A program made the translations under genes and the position numbers. This document shows, piece after piece, positions 10,801 through 20,013 of a stretch of 64,000 bases of DNA; the stretch's first letter is position 1, and the number at the start of each line of letters is the position of its first letter. Source of the stretch: a plasmid; sequence record NZ_CP069398.1; one strand, written 5' to 3'. Below the pieces are notes generated by a model, which saw only the letters and a program-made list of their open reading frames with translations, was not told the DNA's origin and ran no database searches.

Positions 10801-10934
10801 AATTCGACTTGACGTCTACATATATACGATATAAAGAGCTAGTTAACATAAAACGTGTTATCGGAAATAAAAAAAGCTAAGAAATTAATCCTTAGCTTTT
10901 TTATTCTTCTCAAACCTATATTCATTAACCACAA

Positions 10935-11222
10935 TTAAAGATTTTCTAGCTCAATTCGATCTAATTCTTTTTGTCTTTTTTTCTTTAATTTTTCTCTGCC
11001 TGATGCCCATATACCTAAGAATATAGTCAAACCTGCAATAATCATGAAAAACGAAGAAAATTTATCATATCCACTAACAAGTTTAGTGAAAAAGAAACTT
11101 ATAAAAATTATGTATCCTGCTGGTAAGATTCCTCCAAGATAAGGATTGTTTCTAGTAGACAAATAATGTTGAGTACCTAACACAATAATTGTAATGAGAA
11201 TCGAATTTAGATGGTCAATCAT
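10935..11222 (-). CDS. Small membrane protein, operon partner of the DUF2089-like protein
   Basis: 95 aa with 3 hydrophobic segments. Start overlaps the stop of the upstream gene by 4 nt. Confidence 0.45.
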   Translation of the reverse strand: MIDHLNSILITIIVLGTQHYLSTRNNPYLGGILPAGYIIFISFFFTKLVSGYDKFSSFFMIIAGLTIFLGIWASGREKLKKKRQKELDRIELENL

Positions 11223-11518
11223 TTTATATCCTTCTCCCCTTTATATTTCTCAATTATAACTTTTGCAACGTCTAGACTGATGCGTTCATCTATAACAAAA
11301 CTTTTAATCATATTTATAAATTCAACATCTTCTTCCTTACTATGTAACTCTATTTTTTTAATTAATCGATCTAATTTTGCCCTTACAGTTGGGTAAGAAA
11401 CATCGTACAGAGTAGACATATTTTTTAAAGAACCTGAATTTAAAATAAATTTTCTGATGAATTCTACAGATTCTTTATCCAAAGCCATAATCCACGAAGG
11501 AATTTCTTCTCTTTCCAT
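11219..11518 (-). CDS. DUF2089-like small DNA-binding protein (sigma-70 region 4-like HTH)
   Basis: 99 aa. MSTLYDVSYPTVRAKLDRLIKKI is an HTH. This family is commonly paired with a small membrane protein. Confidence 0.5.
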   Translation of the reverse strand: MEREEIPSWIMALDKESVEFIRKFILNSGSLKNMSTLYDVSYPTVRAKLDRLIKKIELHSKEEDVEFINMIKSFVIDERISLDVAKVIIEKYKGEKDIK

Positions 11519-11801
11519 AAAAATCCACCTCCTATATAAATAATATTAAAATAAACTTAAATATTATTCAAGTTAAAAATAAAAATATTTAACTTTATTT
11601 TAAAAATATTTAATTAGCCATTGGTATTATAGATAATTATTTTACTACTCATACTATATATGTCATACACTTTTAGTTACCATAATGTAGCTTATCGGCA
11701 CAGACATGACGAAGAAGCTTTACTAATTTAATTGACATAATATATTAGTCGTATATCGATAGATATAATATAATGAAATAAAAAAGGGAGAAATATCCAA
11801 G

Positions 11802-12113
11802 ATGAAAAAACGCTTGTTGAATTGGGTCATCTTCATTGGGGTTATTATTATTTTAGCTATCAGTATACCGAGAATAACAAGTAATGAAGCACGCTATTTA
11901 AGTTCACCAGAAGAAGAGAAAAAGGTAGCGCAACTTGAAGGGGATTTCAGAAAATGGTCTCTTAGACCACTAGATAAATTTATGGTGCAAGGTTATCAAG
12001 CGAAACCGAATGGATACGATTGGAACAGTGTGAAACAAAAATCAATAAAAAATTATCGCGTTACATATTACACCTTTTTTGGCATCCGTTACATGGAGGT
12101 AGAAGTCAGTTAA
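11802..12113 (+). CDS. Hypothetical secreted or membrane-anchored protein
   Basis: 103 aa. N-terminal signal anchor LLNWVIFIGVIIILAISI. AAGGGAG RBS. Confidence 0.4.
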   Translation: MKKRLLNWVIFIGVIIILAISIPRITSNEARYLSSPEEEKKVAQLEGDFRKWSLRPLDKFMVQGYQAKPNGYDWNSVKQKSIKNYRVTYYTFFGIRYMEVEVS

Positions 12114-12422
12114 ATCTAATGGTGAATATTTAAAAGTGGAGGGGTAGAAAAATGTTTATAATCGAAACTATTATAGGCCTCATTTGCTTCTTTATTGTCA
12201 ATATTTTATATGATACGTATATAACTAAAAGAAATAGTTCTTTTATACAATTAAGTATCATTTCAGTGGTCCAAACTATTGTTGCAATGAGTATTTACAG
12301 TATTGTGTAAAGATCTTGAACTACTTTAAGACTCGTACATAATAGAATTTTATACCCCATACATTCTTAGTTACCATAATCCAGATTACCGGCACCAAAA
12401 AAGGCTCTGAAAAGAGCCTTTT

Positions 12423-12977
12423 TTAGTAATTAGGTATGCCTTCAAAGGTCATAATCCCTTCAACTTCACATCTCAATTTGTAAAACGCCAAGATTAATGG
12501 ATGAACATTAGAACTGTATCTCAAATTTTTTAACTTTCTCTTACCTAGCCTTTTATCCAACAGTGCAAAGGCTTTGATAATAACACTCTCAGAATTTAAA
12601 GCATTGTCAATGGATAGTTGAGGATACTGAATAAATGCATCATAAACTAGATCGACATTAAAGATACCTTTATCCTCTAGAATCACTGTAGTGTAGTCTA
12701 AATCGTTCATCTTGCCAATAAACTCTGGAAAACATTCATATAAACAGTAGGGAAAAGGTTTGTCAGTCTCCTTTCTTATTTCCGCCCAAAGTTTATCATG
12801 TTCCATTAAATAATTTGCTGAAGACGCATTGAAGACTTCCTTTTTATCTAGAGTAATCCATATACGCTTTTGCTCACCAAGGGAAACATTATATTGAGTC
12901 AAATGGATACTTAATCTGTGTTTTAATTTATCGCAAATTAAACTCTCTATATTTCCTTTTACTTTTGTCCATTTCAT
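12423..12977 (-). CDS. Hypothetical protein
   Basis: 184 aa, no recognisable motif. Followed by a 790-bp AT-rich gene-free region. Confidence 0.4.
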   Translation of the reverse strand: MKWTKVKGNIESLICDKLKHRLSIHLTQYNVSLGEQKRIWITLDKKEVFNASSANYLMEHDKLWAEIRKETDKPFPYCLYECFPEFIGKMNDLDYTTVILEDKGIFNVDLVYDAFIQYPQLSIDNALNSESVIIKAFALLDKRLGKRKLKNLRYSSNVHPLILAFYKLRCEVEGIMTFEGIPNY

Positions 12978-13349
12978 AGCATTATCTTACTCCCATTTTT
13001 TGTTTGAAACTAAATATTACAATTGAGATCGTAGAAATACATTATACAAAACATTCTTATTTTAAATGATATTTTTACTGTATACTCTATACACGCGTAG
13101 TTAACATAAACACTCTTTCCGGTACACAATCCAAAAAAGAACCCTTGGTAGGCAAGAGTTCCAGATAAGGTGAGTTTTCTTCTTTATGCAGCTCTTTATA
13201 CATCCTTGATATTACTGGTTTGTCCCAAGATCCAGGTGGAAGGAGAATGCATAAAAAGTCTGCGTTTTATACATATGCTCTTACGGTAAAATATAGTCTT
13301 TATGGAAAGAATATGATATTATTTATTTACACATGCATTTTAATAGTGA

Positions 13350-13390
13350 AAAGCCACCTGTCCTGCAAATACTGGGTGGCTTTTTATTTT
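13350..13390. repeat. Terminator-like hairpin repeat, family A (aaagccacc...ggtggcttttt)
   Basis: 7-bp GC stem plus T-run. A closely related copy lies at 22195-22240. Confidence 0.5.
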
Positions 13391-13499
13391 GCTTACCTTT
13401 TGACTGGACAAATTATAACCTAATACTATATTTAAGATATGTACATGTATATATTTCACTTTTATTAATTATTAAAAGCATCCATGATCAACGACACAT

Positions 13500-13559
13500 A
13501 TAAGAAAAGCCCTCAATTAATCTTGAGGGCTTTTCTTATATGTGTCGTTACTGATTGTA
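13500..13559. repeat. Perfect 27-bp-stem hairpin with a 6-nt loop
   Basis: aacgacacatataagaaaagccctcaa ttaatc ttgagggcttttcttatatgtgtcgtt. Core is aaaagccctcaa/ttgagggctttt. Confidence 0.6.
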
Positions 13560-13718
13560 AAAGTTTAAACCATAAAAATATTTAAGATACTTTAGTATTT
13601 ACACATATTACATAGAGATAATGATGAATAATGGATTTTTTAAGTAATTCCTTTTCTGAGGGTTAAATAAGTAACAGAATAAGGCAAGCGATCTTTCAAT
13701 TTTCTTTTTAAAAGTAGA

Positions 13719-13766
13719 TTGACACATATTGATTACATGTGTAGTATTGTATTACACGTATAATCA
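13719..13766 (+). promoter_or_regulatory. Sigma-A-like promoter overlapped by two BlaI/MecI-type operator-like dyads
   Basis: TTGACA at 13719-13724, 17 bp spacer, TAGTAT at 13742-13747. Half-sites ATTACATGTGTAGT and ATTACACGTATAAT (TACA/TGTA motifs). The same kind of near-palindrome sits in front of blaI. Confidence 0.45.
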
Positions 13767-13846
13767 ATGTGTCTAGAAAGGAGAAACTGACTAAATTTAT
13801 TAAAAAGAATTTTAATAGAGATCAAAAGTCAAAGAGAGTGACGTAT

Positions 13847-15877
13847 ATGTGGAATAAAAAAACTAAACATCTTACTGTTATAGGCCTTACTATCATAGTA
13901 CTTGTTAGCTCTATAGTGTATATATTTTTTACTGGTAAAGCGCGACGAGAATATAATAATGCATCAGCTGTTGTAGAGAACTTCACAGAAAAAATTACAA
14001 AACAGAACTTTAATAATTTATCGGAAGATATTTCTATCGATTCACTAAGAAACAATAAATTAACACCAGAACAATACAATGCAAAGTACAGGAACATCTT
14101 TTTAGGTATTCATGCAAAAAATATAAAGGTAACTGATTTAGATGTTCAAAGGCATAAGCCAACAGGAAGGTACACATTTTCTTATGATCTAACCATGGAT
14201 ACAAGTTTAGGAAAGATGAAAAGGCAATCTTACCACGGTTTCCTAGTAAAAAAAGATAAAGAATGGAAAATACAGTGGAAGCCTAACTTAATCTTCCCCA
14301 CGATGCAACAAGGGGATCGAGTTAAGTTTGTGACACAAATCGCTACAAGAGGAAAGATTATAGATCGAAATGGCCGAAACTTGGCGGAAAATGGATATGT
14401 TCAAGAGATGGGGATTATTCCTAGACAGTTGGGATTAGGAAAGGAAAGAGAGCAGGCTATTCATCATATAAGTAAGGAATTTTCTATCTCTAAAGAGGAT
14501 ATTCTAAAAAAATTAAATCAGAGATGGGTAAGGGAAGACAGTTTTGTGCCATTAAAGGTACTAGAAAATAATACACTTTCTAATACTTCTACTGTAAAGG
14601 GAGTAATCTATTCTAGGAAAGAAGTACGGATATATTCACTTAATGAAGCAGCTGCTCACTTAATAGGCTACGTAGGGAAGGTAAGTGCAGAGGATATACA
14701 GAGGCATCCTTCTTACTCTGAAGGAGAATACATTGGAAAATCTGGCCTGGAATATACCTATGATAAAGAGTTGCGCGGGAAAAATGGTGGAGAAATTCGG
14801 ATTGTTAACTCACAAACAGGGCGAGAAACGGTACTGCAGTCTTTAAGTAAAAAGGATGGGAAAGATATTCGTACAACCATTGATGCTGGGCTGCAACAAA
14901 AAACATATGATCAATTAAATGGTGAAATTGGAGCTTCTGCAATTATGAATCCACAGACAGGAGATTTATTAGCTTTAGTGAGTACTCCTTCTTATGATCC
15001 TAATCTAATGACTAGGGGTATTTCGTCTGAACAATATGCGGAGTATAGCGAAGATCCAAGGCTCCCTTTTCTAGCTAGATATGCTACTCGCTACGCACCT
15101 GGTTCTACATTCAAAACAATTACTGCAGCAGTAGGGTTAGAAACTGGTGTTACAAAACCAGGAGAAAAACGTCAAATATCTGGACTAGAATGGAAAAAAG
15201 ATACCTCATGGGGTAATTACTTTGTGAAGAGAGTACATGAAGTAGACCAAGTGAATATGATAGATGCTCTTGTGCATTCAGATAATATTTTCTTTGCACA
15301 AGAAGCACTTAAGATAGGTAAAGAGCGATTTGAAAAGGGTGTAATGAAATTTGGTTTCAATAAGGACCTTTCTTTACCTTTCAGTATGAAAGAAGCACAA
15401 GTATCTAATAAAGGAATCTCGTCAGAAGTTCTTTTAGCAGACTCAGCCTATGGCCAAGGGGAGATGCTATTATCCCCTATACAACAGGCAATGGCCTATT
15501 CACCATTTGCAAATGGAGGAAAACTAATTTATCCAAAATTAATTAATAATCAAAAAACTCTTATTCCTAAAAGAATTATAGAAAAGAATACCGCAAACAC
15601 TATTAAACAAGCTCTTCATGAGGTGGTTTCACGGCCAGATGGGACAGCACACTCTTTACAAATCAAGGGGCAATCTATAGCTGCAAAAACAGGAACGGCT
15701 GAGTTGAAGAAAAAGAAAGGAACAAACGGGATAGAAAATGGTTTCTTATTTGCATTTGATGACAAACACTCTAATTATGTAGTTGTGAGTATGATCGAGA
15801 ATGTAAAAGGAAGAGGCGGAAGCTCCTATGTTGTTCAAAAAATGAAACCTGTTATTGAATCCTTCTATCAAAAGTAA
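13847..15877 (+). CDS. Class B penicillin-binding protein with an N-terminal MecA_N (NTF2-like) domain (PBP2a/PbpC-like transpeptidase)
   Basis: Active-site motifs STFK (SxxK), SDN and KTG(TA). N-terminal membrane anchor MWNKKTKHLTVIGLTIIVLV. The track ORF starts in-frame at GTG 13769; the true start is ambiguous because the strong RBS aaaggaga at 13777 has no ATG after it. Confidence 0.85.
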   Translation: MWNKKTKHLTVIGLTIIVLVSSIVYIFFTGKARREYNNASAVVENFTEKITKQNFNNLSEDISIDSLRNNKLTPEQYNAKYRNIFLGIHAKNIKVTDLDVQRHKPTGRYTFSYDLTMDTSLGKMKRQSYHGFLVKKDKEWKIQWKPNLIFPTMQQGDRVKFVTQIATRGKIIDRNGRNLAENGYVQEMGIIPRQLGLGKEREQAIHHISKEFSISKEDILKKLNQRWVREDSFVPLKVLENNTLSNTSTVKGVIYSRKEVRIYSLNEAAAHLIGYVGKVSAEDIQRHPSYSEGEYIGKSGLEYTYDKELRGKNGGEIRIVNSQTGRETVLQSLSKKDGKDIRTTIDAGLQQKTYDQLNGEIGASAIMNPQTGDLLALVSTPSYDPNLMTRGISSEQYAEYSEDPRLPFLARYATRYAPGSTFKTITAAVGLETGVTKPGEKRQISGLEWKKDTSWGNYFVKRVHEVDQVNMIDALVHSDNIFFAQEALKIGKERFEKGVMKFGFNKDLSLPFSMKEAQVSNKGISSEVLLADSAYGQGEMLLSPIQQAMAYSPFANGGKLIYPKLINNQKTLIPKRIIEKNTANTIKQALHEVVSRPDGTAHSLQIKGQSIAAKTGTAELKKKKGTNGIENGFLFAFDDKHSNYVVVSMIENVKGRGGSSYVVQKMKPVIESFYQK

Positions 15878-15911
15878 TAAATAAGTTTTTTAAGAAAGAG
15901 GTTAGATATTA

Positions 15912-16844
15912 ATGAAATCATGGAACACAGTCTTTAGGCCTTTAAAATTTAAAAAAATTGTACCTGCATTACTTCTCACATGTGTAACGCTTGCAGGATG
16001 TTCAGAGGGTAATGACCAATCCGTTCAAGCTAAACAAAAAAATCAAGAGTCTGTAATTAAACATCATTTTGTCAAACTTGAGGATAAATTTGATGCGAGA
16101 CTAGGCGTCTTTGCTTTAGATACTAGTACAAATCAAACAGTTACCTATCGAGCAGATGAGCGTTTTATATATGCATCCACCAGTAAAGCTCTAGCTGTAG
16201 GAGCACTTTTACAACAGAAAACAATAGATGATCTTAACCAAAGGATTACCTATACCCAAGATGATCTTGTCAATTATAATCCGATTACAGAAAAGCATGT
16301 TGATACAGGAATGACTCTTAAAGAGCTTTGTGATGCTGCTCTTCGGTATAGTGACAATACTGCCATGAATCTCATACTGAAGCAAATAGGTGGACCGAAT
16401 GGATTAGAGAAATCACTAAGAGACGTTGGAGACAATGTTACTATGCCTGAGCAATTTGAACCTGAGTTAAACGATGTTAAACCAGGAGAAACCCATGATA
16501 CTAGTACACCAAGGGCACTTGCTACAAGCCTTCAATCCTTCACATTAGGGGACGTACTTCCAATTGAAAAACGTGAACTTCTAATAGATTGGATGAAGAG
16601 AAATACCACTGGCGATTCATTAATTAGGGCTGGGGTACCAAAAGGTTGGGTGGTAGCTGATAAAACTGGATCAGGTTCATACGGAACGAGAAATGATATT
16701 GCCATTATTTGGCCACCTAAAGGAGATCCTATTATGCTTGCTATACTGTCTAGTCGCGATAAAAAAGATGCTAATTATAACGACAAACTTATTGCTGAGG
16801 CAACAAAGGAAGTAATTAATGCTTATCAAGCCATTCACAAATAG
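15912..16844 (+). CDS. bla: Class A beta-lactamase, lipoprotein type
   Basis: STSK (S70xxK), SDN and KTG triads. Lipobox TLAGCS. Only 34 bp after the PBP gene, so co-transcribed. Terminator at 16958-17010. Confidence 0.9.
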   Translation: MKSWNTVFRPLKFKKIVPALLLTCVTLAGCSEGNDQSVQAKQKNQESVIKHHFVKLEDKFDARLGVFALDTSTNQTVTYRADERFIYASTSKALAVGALLQQKTIDDLNQRITYTQDDLVNYNPITEKHVDTGMTLKELCDAALRYSDNTAMNLILKQIGGPNGLEKSLRDVGDNVTMPEQFEPELNDVKPGETHDTSTPRALATSLQSFTLGDVLPIEKRELLIDWMKRNTTGDSLIRAGVPKGWVVADKTGSGSYGTRNDIAIIWPPKGDPIMLAILSSRDKKDANYNDKLIAEATKEVINAYQAIHK

Positions 16845-16957
16845 AAAATGATAATAATCTTAATTAATAATTAAAATCCCTATCTAATCTAAATAGAAAA
16901 AATACTGTTCCTCGGGGAACTGACCAAAAAAGTTAGACGATTATCTATCCAGCAAAT

Positions 16958-17010
16958 AAGGATTGAATTCTGTATTATACAGAGCTCAATCCTTTTAATT
17001 TATTCGTTTT
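16958..17010 (+). terminator. Rho-independent terminator after bla
   Basis: aaggattga ... tcaatcctt stem with an inner palindrome ctgtattatacag, followed by a T-rich tract. Confidence 0.55.
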
Positions 17011-17101
17011 AGCAATAGATAATATAAGACTCATTATGTTGTCGATGTTAATGTCATAAGGCTTAGTCAGAACAATACTAAATGTTTCAGTAGGTGTTAG
17101 T

Positions 17102-19276
17102 ATGAAAAGGAAAAGAGAAAAGTACCAGATTCCTTACCGTGTGAATTTAATTTTCTTAGTTGTATTTGTGCTATTTTCAGTACTAATTTTACGGCTAGGA
17201 CTTATTCAAATTGTATATGGTGAGAATTATAGTAGAAAAGTAGAAAAAGCACAGAATGCTACAGTCAGTACACCAGTTCCCAGAGGTAAAATGTATGATC
17301 GTTATAATCGCGTAATTGTAGATAATACACCTTTAAATACGATTACATACACACGTTTCCAAGGAAATACAACAGAAGAAAGGCTTCGTATTGCCAAAAA
17401 GCTAGCCACTATGCTTGATATTCCTTACACGACAAATGTTATTGATATTCCAGGAAATAAAAAGAATGTAGATGCTAAAAATGTGGTTAAGATTACGGAA
17501 CGTGATATGAAAGATTATTGGATTACGATTCATCCAGAAAAAGCAGAACATAAAATCACAAAAACTGATCGCAAAAAAGTACAAGACGGTAGAATGACAG
17601 ATGCGGAGTTATATAAACGGCAGTTAGAGCGCATTTCTAAAAAAGATTTGGAAAGCTTAAAGGACGATTTGGAAATCTTAGCTATTAAGCGTCAAATGGA
17701 AGGAGGATACTCCAATACCCCCCAAATTGTTAAAAGCAATGTTACAAATGAGCAGTATGCAGTTATTAGCGAACATTTAGATGAACTACCAGGTGTAGAT
17801 ACCACAACTTACTGGGAGCGTTCTTATCCAGAAAACAGCACACTTCGTACGCTACTTGGAAATGTATCCTCTGCTAATGAAGGCTTGCCTAAAGAAAAAA
17901 TACAATACTACTTATCTAGGGGATATAGCAGAAACGACCAGGTTGGAACAAGCTACTTAGAAAAGCAATATGAAGCTCAGCTTAGAGGCCAAAAAGAAAA
18001 AGTAAGGTATGTAACAGATAAAAAGGGATCTTTACTTAATACAATTCAAGTCTCACAAGGTGAACGTGGAAGTGACCTTGTTTTAACAATTGATATGAAA
18101 TTACAAAAATCTGTTGAGGAGCAAATTACAGACCAGTTATTAGCCAAAAAACAAATGAACGGCACAGAGTTCTTAGATCGGGCGTTTGTTATCATGATGG
18201 ACCCTCATACAGGGGAGATTTTAACAATGGCAGGAAAAAAGTATACTATCGATAAAAAGACAGGCACTCCTAAAATCGAAGATTTTTCCTTAGGTAACAT
18301 TTCCACATCCTATGAAATGGGATCTGTCATTAAAGGGGCTACAGTACTTGCGGGTTTAGATTCAGGGGCTATTACACCAAATACCATCCTAGTGGATAAT
18401 CCAATAAAAATTAAAGGAACTCCCATTAAAAAATCAGCTGAAGCAGTAGGTTTGGGTCCGTTAAATTATTCATCAGCGTTAAAATATTCATCTAACGTAT
18501 TTATGTTTAAAACAGTAATGGCAATGGCTGGTCTACAATATCAGCCAAATATGACATTGCCAATAAAAGCTGATACATTTACGAAGTTGCGTTTTTACTA
18601 TAACCAATTTGGATTAGGAGTTTCAACTGGTATAGACTTAGACAATGAATCGATAGGTCTGCAAGGAGGTAACACTATTGCGGGTACAGCCCTTGATTTA
18701 GGAATTGGTCAGTATGACACATATACGCCTCTGCAGATCGTGCAGTATATATCTACAATTGCAAATGGAGGTTACCGTATTAAACCACAGATTGTGAAGG
18801 AAATTCGTAAACCAACGATAAAAACAGATGAAATCGGCGGCACACAGTATTCATTTGAACCAGATGTATTAAATCATATTACGATGAAAGAAGAATATAT
18901 TAAAGATATTCAAAATGCATTTAAACGTGTAACACAAGAAAAAGGTGGCACAGGGTATGTTGCTTTTAATACAGCAAAATACAATCCTGCAGGTAAATCA
19001 GGAACAGCACAAGCTTATCAAAAGAATTCAAAAGGTGGAGATCCGATTGAAGTTAATAATTCAACCTTTGTTGCATACGCTCCTGCTGATAAGCCACAGA
19101 TAGCAGTAGCCGTTGCTGTACCATCTGCATTTCTACCAAATACACCAAATACTATTGCAAAAGAACTTGCTCGATCTGCACTTGATACGTATTTTGATTT
19201 GAAGAAAAAAGGCGAACAGGAAGTGATAAATCAAGAAGAAAAGCAAAAGGAAGTTATTGCTAATCAGGTAGATTAA
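17102..19276 (+). CDS. Class B penicillin-binding protein (PBP2B/FtsI-like transpeptidase)
   Basis: 724 aa. N-terminal TM, PBP dimerisation region, motifs SVIK (SxxK), SSN and KSG(TA). Bidirectional terminator at 19352-19378. Confidence 0.85.
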   Translation: MKRKREKYQIPYRVNLIFLVVFVLFSVLILRLGLIQIVYGENYSRKVEKAQNATVSTPVPRGKMYDRYNRVIVDNTPLNTITYTRFQGNTTEERLRIAKKLATMLDIPYTTNVIDIPGNKKNVDAKNVVKITERDMKDYWITIHPEKAEHKITKTDRKKVQDGRMTDAELYKRQLERISKKDLESLKDDLEILAIKRQMEGGYSNTPQIVKSNVTNEQYAVISEHLDELPGVDTTTYWERSYPENSTLRTLLGNVSSANEGLPKEKIQYYLSRGYSRNDQVGTSYLEKQYEAQLRGQKEKVRYVTDKKGSLLNTIQVSQGERGSDLVLTIDMKLQKSVEEQITDQLLAKKQMNGTEFLDRAFVIMMDPHTGEILTMAGKKYTIDKKTGTPKIEDFSLGNISTSYEMGSVIKGATVLAGLDSGAITPNTILVDNPIKIKGTPIKKSAEAVGLGPLNYSSALKYSSNVFMFKTVMAMAGLQYQPNMTLPIKADTFTKLRFYYNQFGLGVSTGIDLDNESIGLQGGNTIAGTALDLGIGQYDTYTPLQIVQYISTIANGGYRIKPQIVKEIRKPTIKTDEIGGTQYSFEPDVLNHITMKEEYIKDIQNAFKRVTQEKGGTGYVAFNTAKYNPAGKSGTAQAYQKNSKGGDPIEVNNSTFVAYAPADKPQIAVAVAVPSAFLPNTPNTIAKELARSALDTYFDLKKKGEQEVINQEEKQKEVIANQVD

Positions 19277-19351
19277 CAAGTATAAACCAGCGCTGGTTAT
19301 TCAACGCTGTTTTATACCCTCTTATAGTAAGTAAGCCCAGTTATATTAAAT

Positions 19352-19378
19352 AAAAAGCACACCGAGGTGTGCTTTTTA
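19352..19378. terminator. Bidirectional terminator between the convergent PBP and blaI genes
   Basis: agcacac cgag gtgtgct flanked by A-run and T-run. Confidence 0.6.
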
Positions 19379-19500
19379 TGGGTTTATCCAGTAGAAAAGG
19401 TTCTGCATATTATAAAGTGTTATGAAAAGCCCATTAACATAAGTAAGATAATGAACCAACCCAACTTTTGTCTTCCACTAACTTCCTTCAATTTGTTCTT

Positions 19501-19884
19501 CTAAGATTTTTTAGACTTCTCATCCAAAATGGAGCGCAATTCTTTAATATCCTCTCCAGACAGGGGTTCCTCCTGGATGAACTGAACTAACATTGACTTC
19601 AGCGTCCCGCCATAAATTCGCTTAATAAAAGACTGTGCCTCGGCTTGCTGGCATTCATCCTGCGAATAAAGTGGAAAAAAAGTATAGACTCTCTGATTTT
19701 TATTTACACCAACCACTTCTTTTTGGACCAGACGATCTAAAAGAGTGCGTACTGTTTTCGGCTTCCAATCCGTTTGCTCTTGTAAGGAGAAAGTCACTTC
19801 GTTGGCCGTTTGGGGAGCCTTCTCCCAAAGCACGTTCATGACTTCCCATTCTGCTTCTGAGATGCTGGGGACTTTTTTAGACAC
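19501..19884 (-). CDS. blaI: BlaI/MecI-family penicillinase repressor
   Basis: Winged-helix N-terminus ISEAEWEVMNVLWEK..TANEV and a C-terminal dimerisation helix. GTG start at 19884 with AAGGAGG RBS. A near-palindrome TTACATACGTAA lies immediately upstream (19905-19916). Confidence 0.85.
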   Translation of the reverse strand: MSKKVPSISEAEWEVMNVLWEKAPQTANEVTFSLQEQTDWKPKTVRTLLDRLVQKEVVGVNKNQRVYTFFPLYSQDECQQAEAQSFIKRIYGGTLKSMLVQFIQEEPLSGEDIKELRSILDEKSKKS

Positions 19885-20013
19885 TCTTATCCTCCTCCTT
19901 TGATTACATACGTAATATATTAAATTAATTGATTTATAATATAGAGAAGACAACCCCTATTTCCAACTCGGCTAAATCAAAGTTATCCAGTTTTTCACTT
20001 TCTCAGCGAACGT

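Larger units (their letters stand above)
6650..10848 (+). mobile_element. IS21-family element (istA-istB) with an ISL3 element nested in its right terminal region. Termini approximate
   Basis: Left end TGTAAACGCTAG... at 6650. Internal repeat gcaaaagtgtaaaatt at 6677-6695 is mirrored at 9099-9116. The putative right terminus ...ctagttaaca at about 10848 lies beyond the ISL3 insertion. Confidence 0.45.

Noticed and set aside
13822-14097. Antisense and out-of-frame ORFs inside long genes (also 1195-1410, 1628-1840, 9433-9669, 17402-17584, 19635-19841, 21266-21538, 24823-25035, 27170-27370, 27789-27980, 33045-33374, 37607-37909, 40003-40188, 41000-41299, 45873-46079, 46554-46766, 48453-48743, 51908-52099, 53404-53640, 56120-56491, 57362-57553, 57972-58172, 61761-61967, 62943-63152)
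   Set aside because: Each lies entirely within a well-supported gene on the other strand or in another frame. They lack RBSs and have low-complexity translations.
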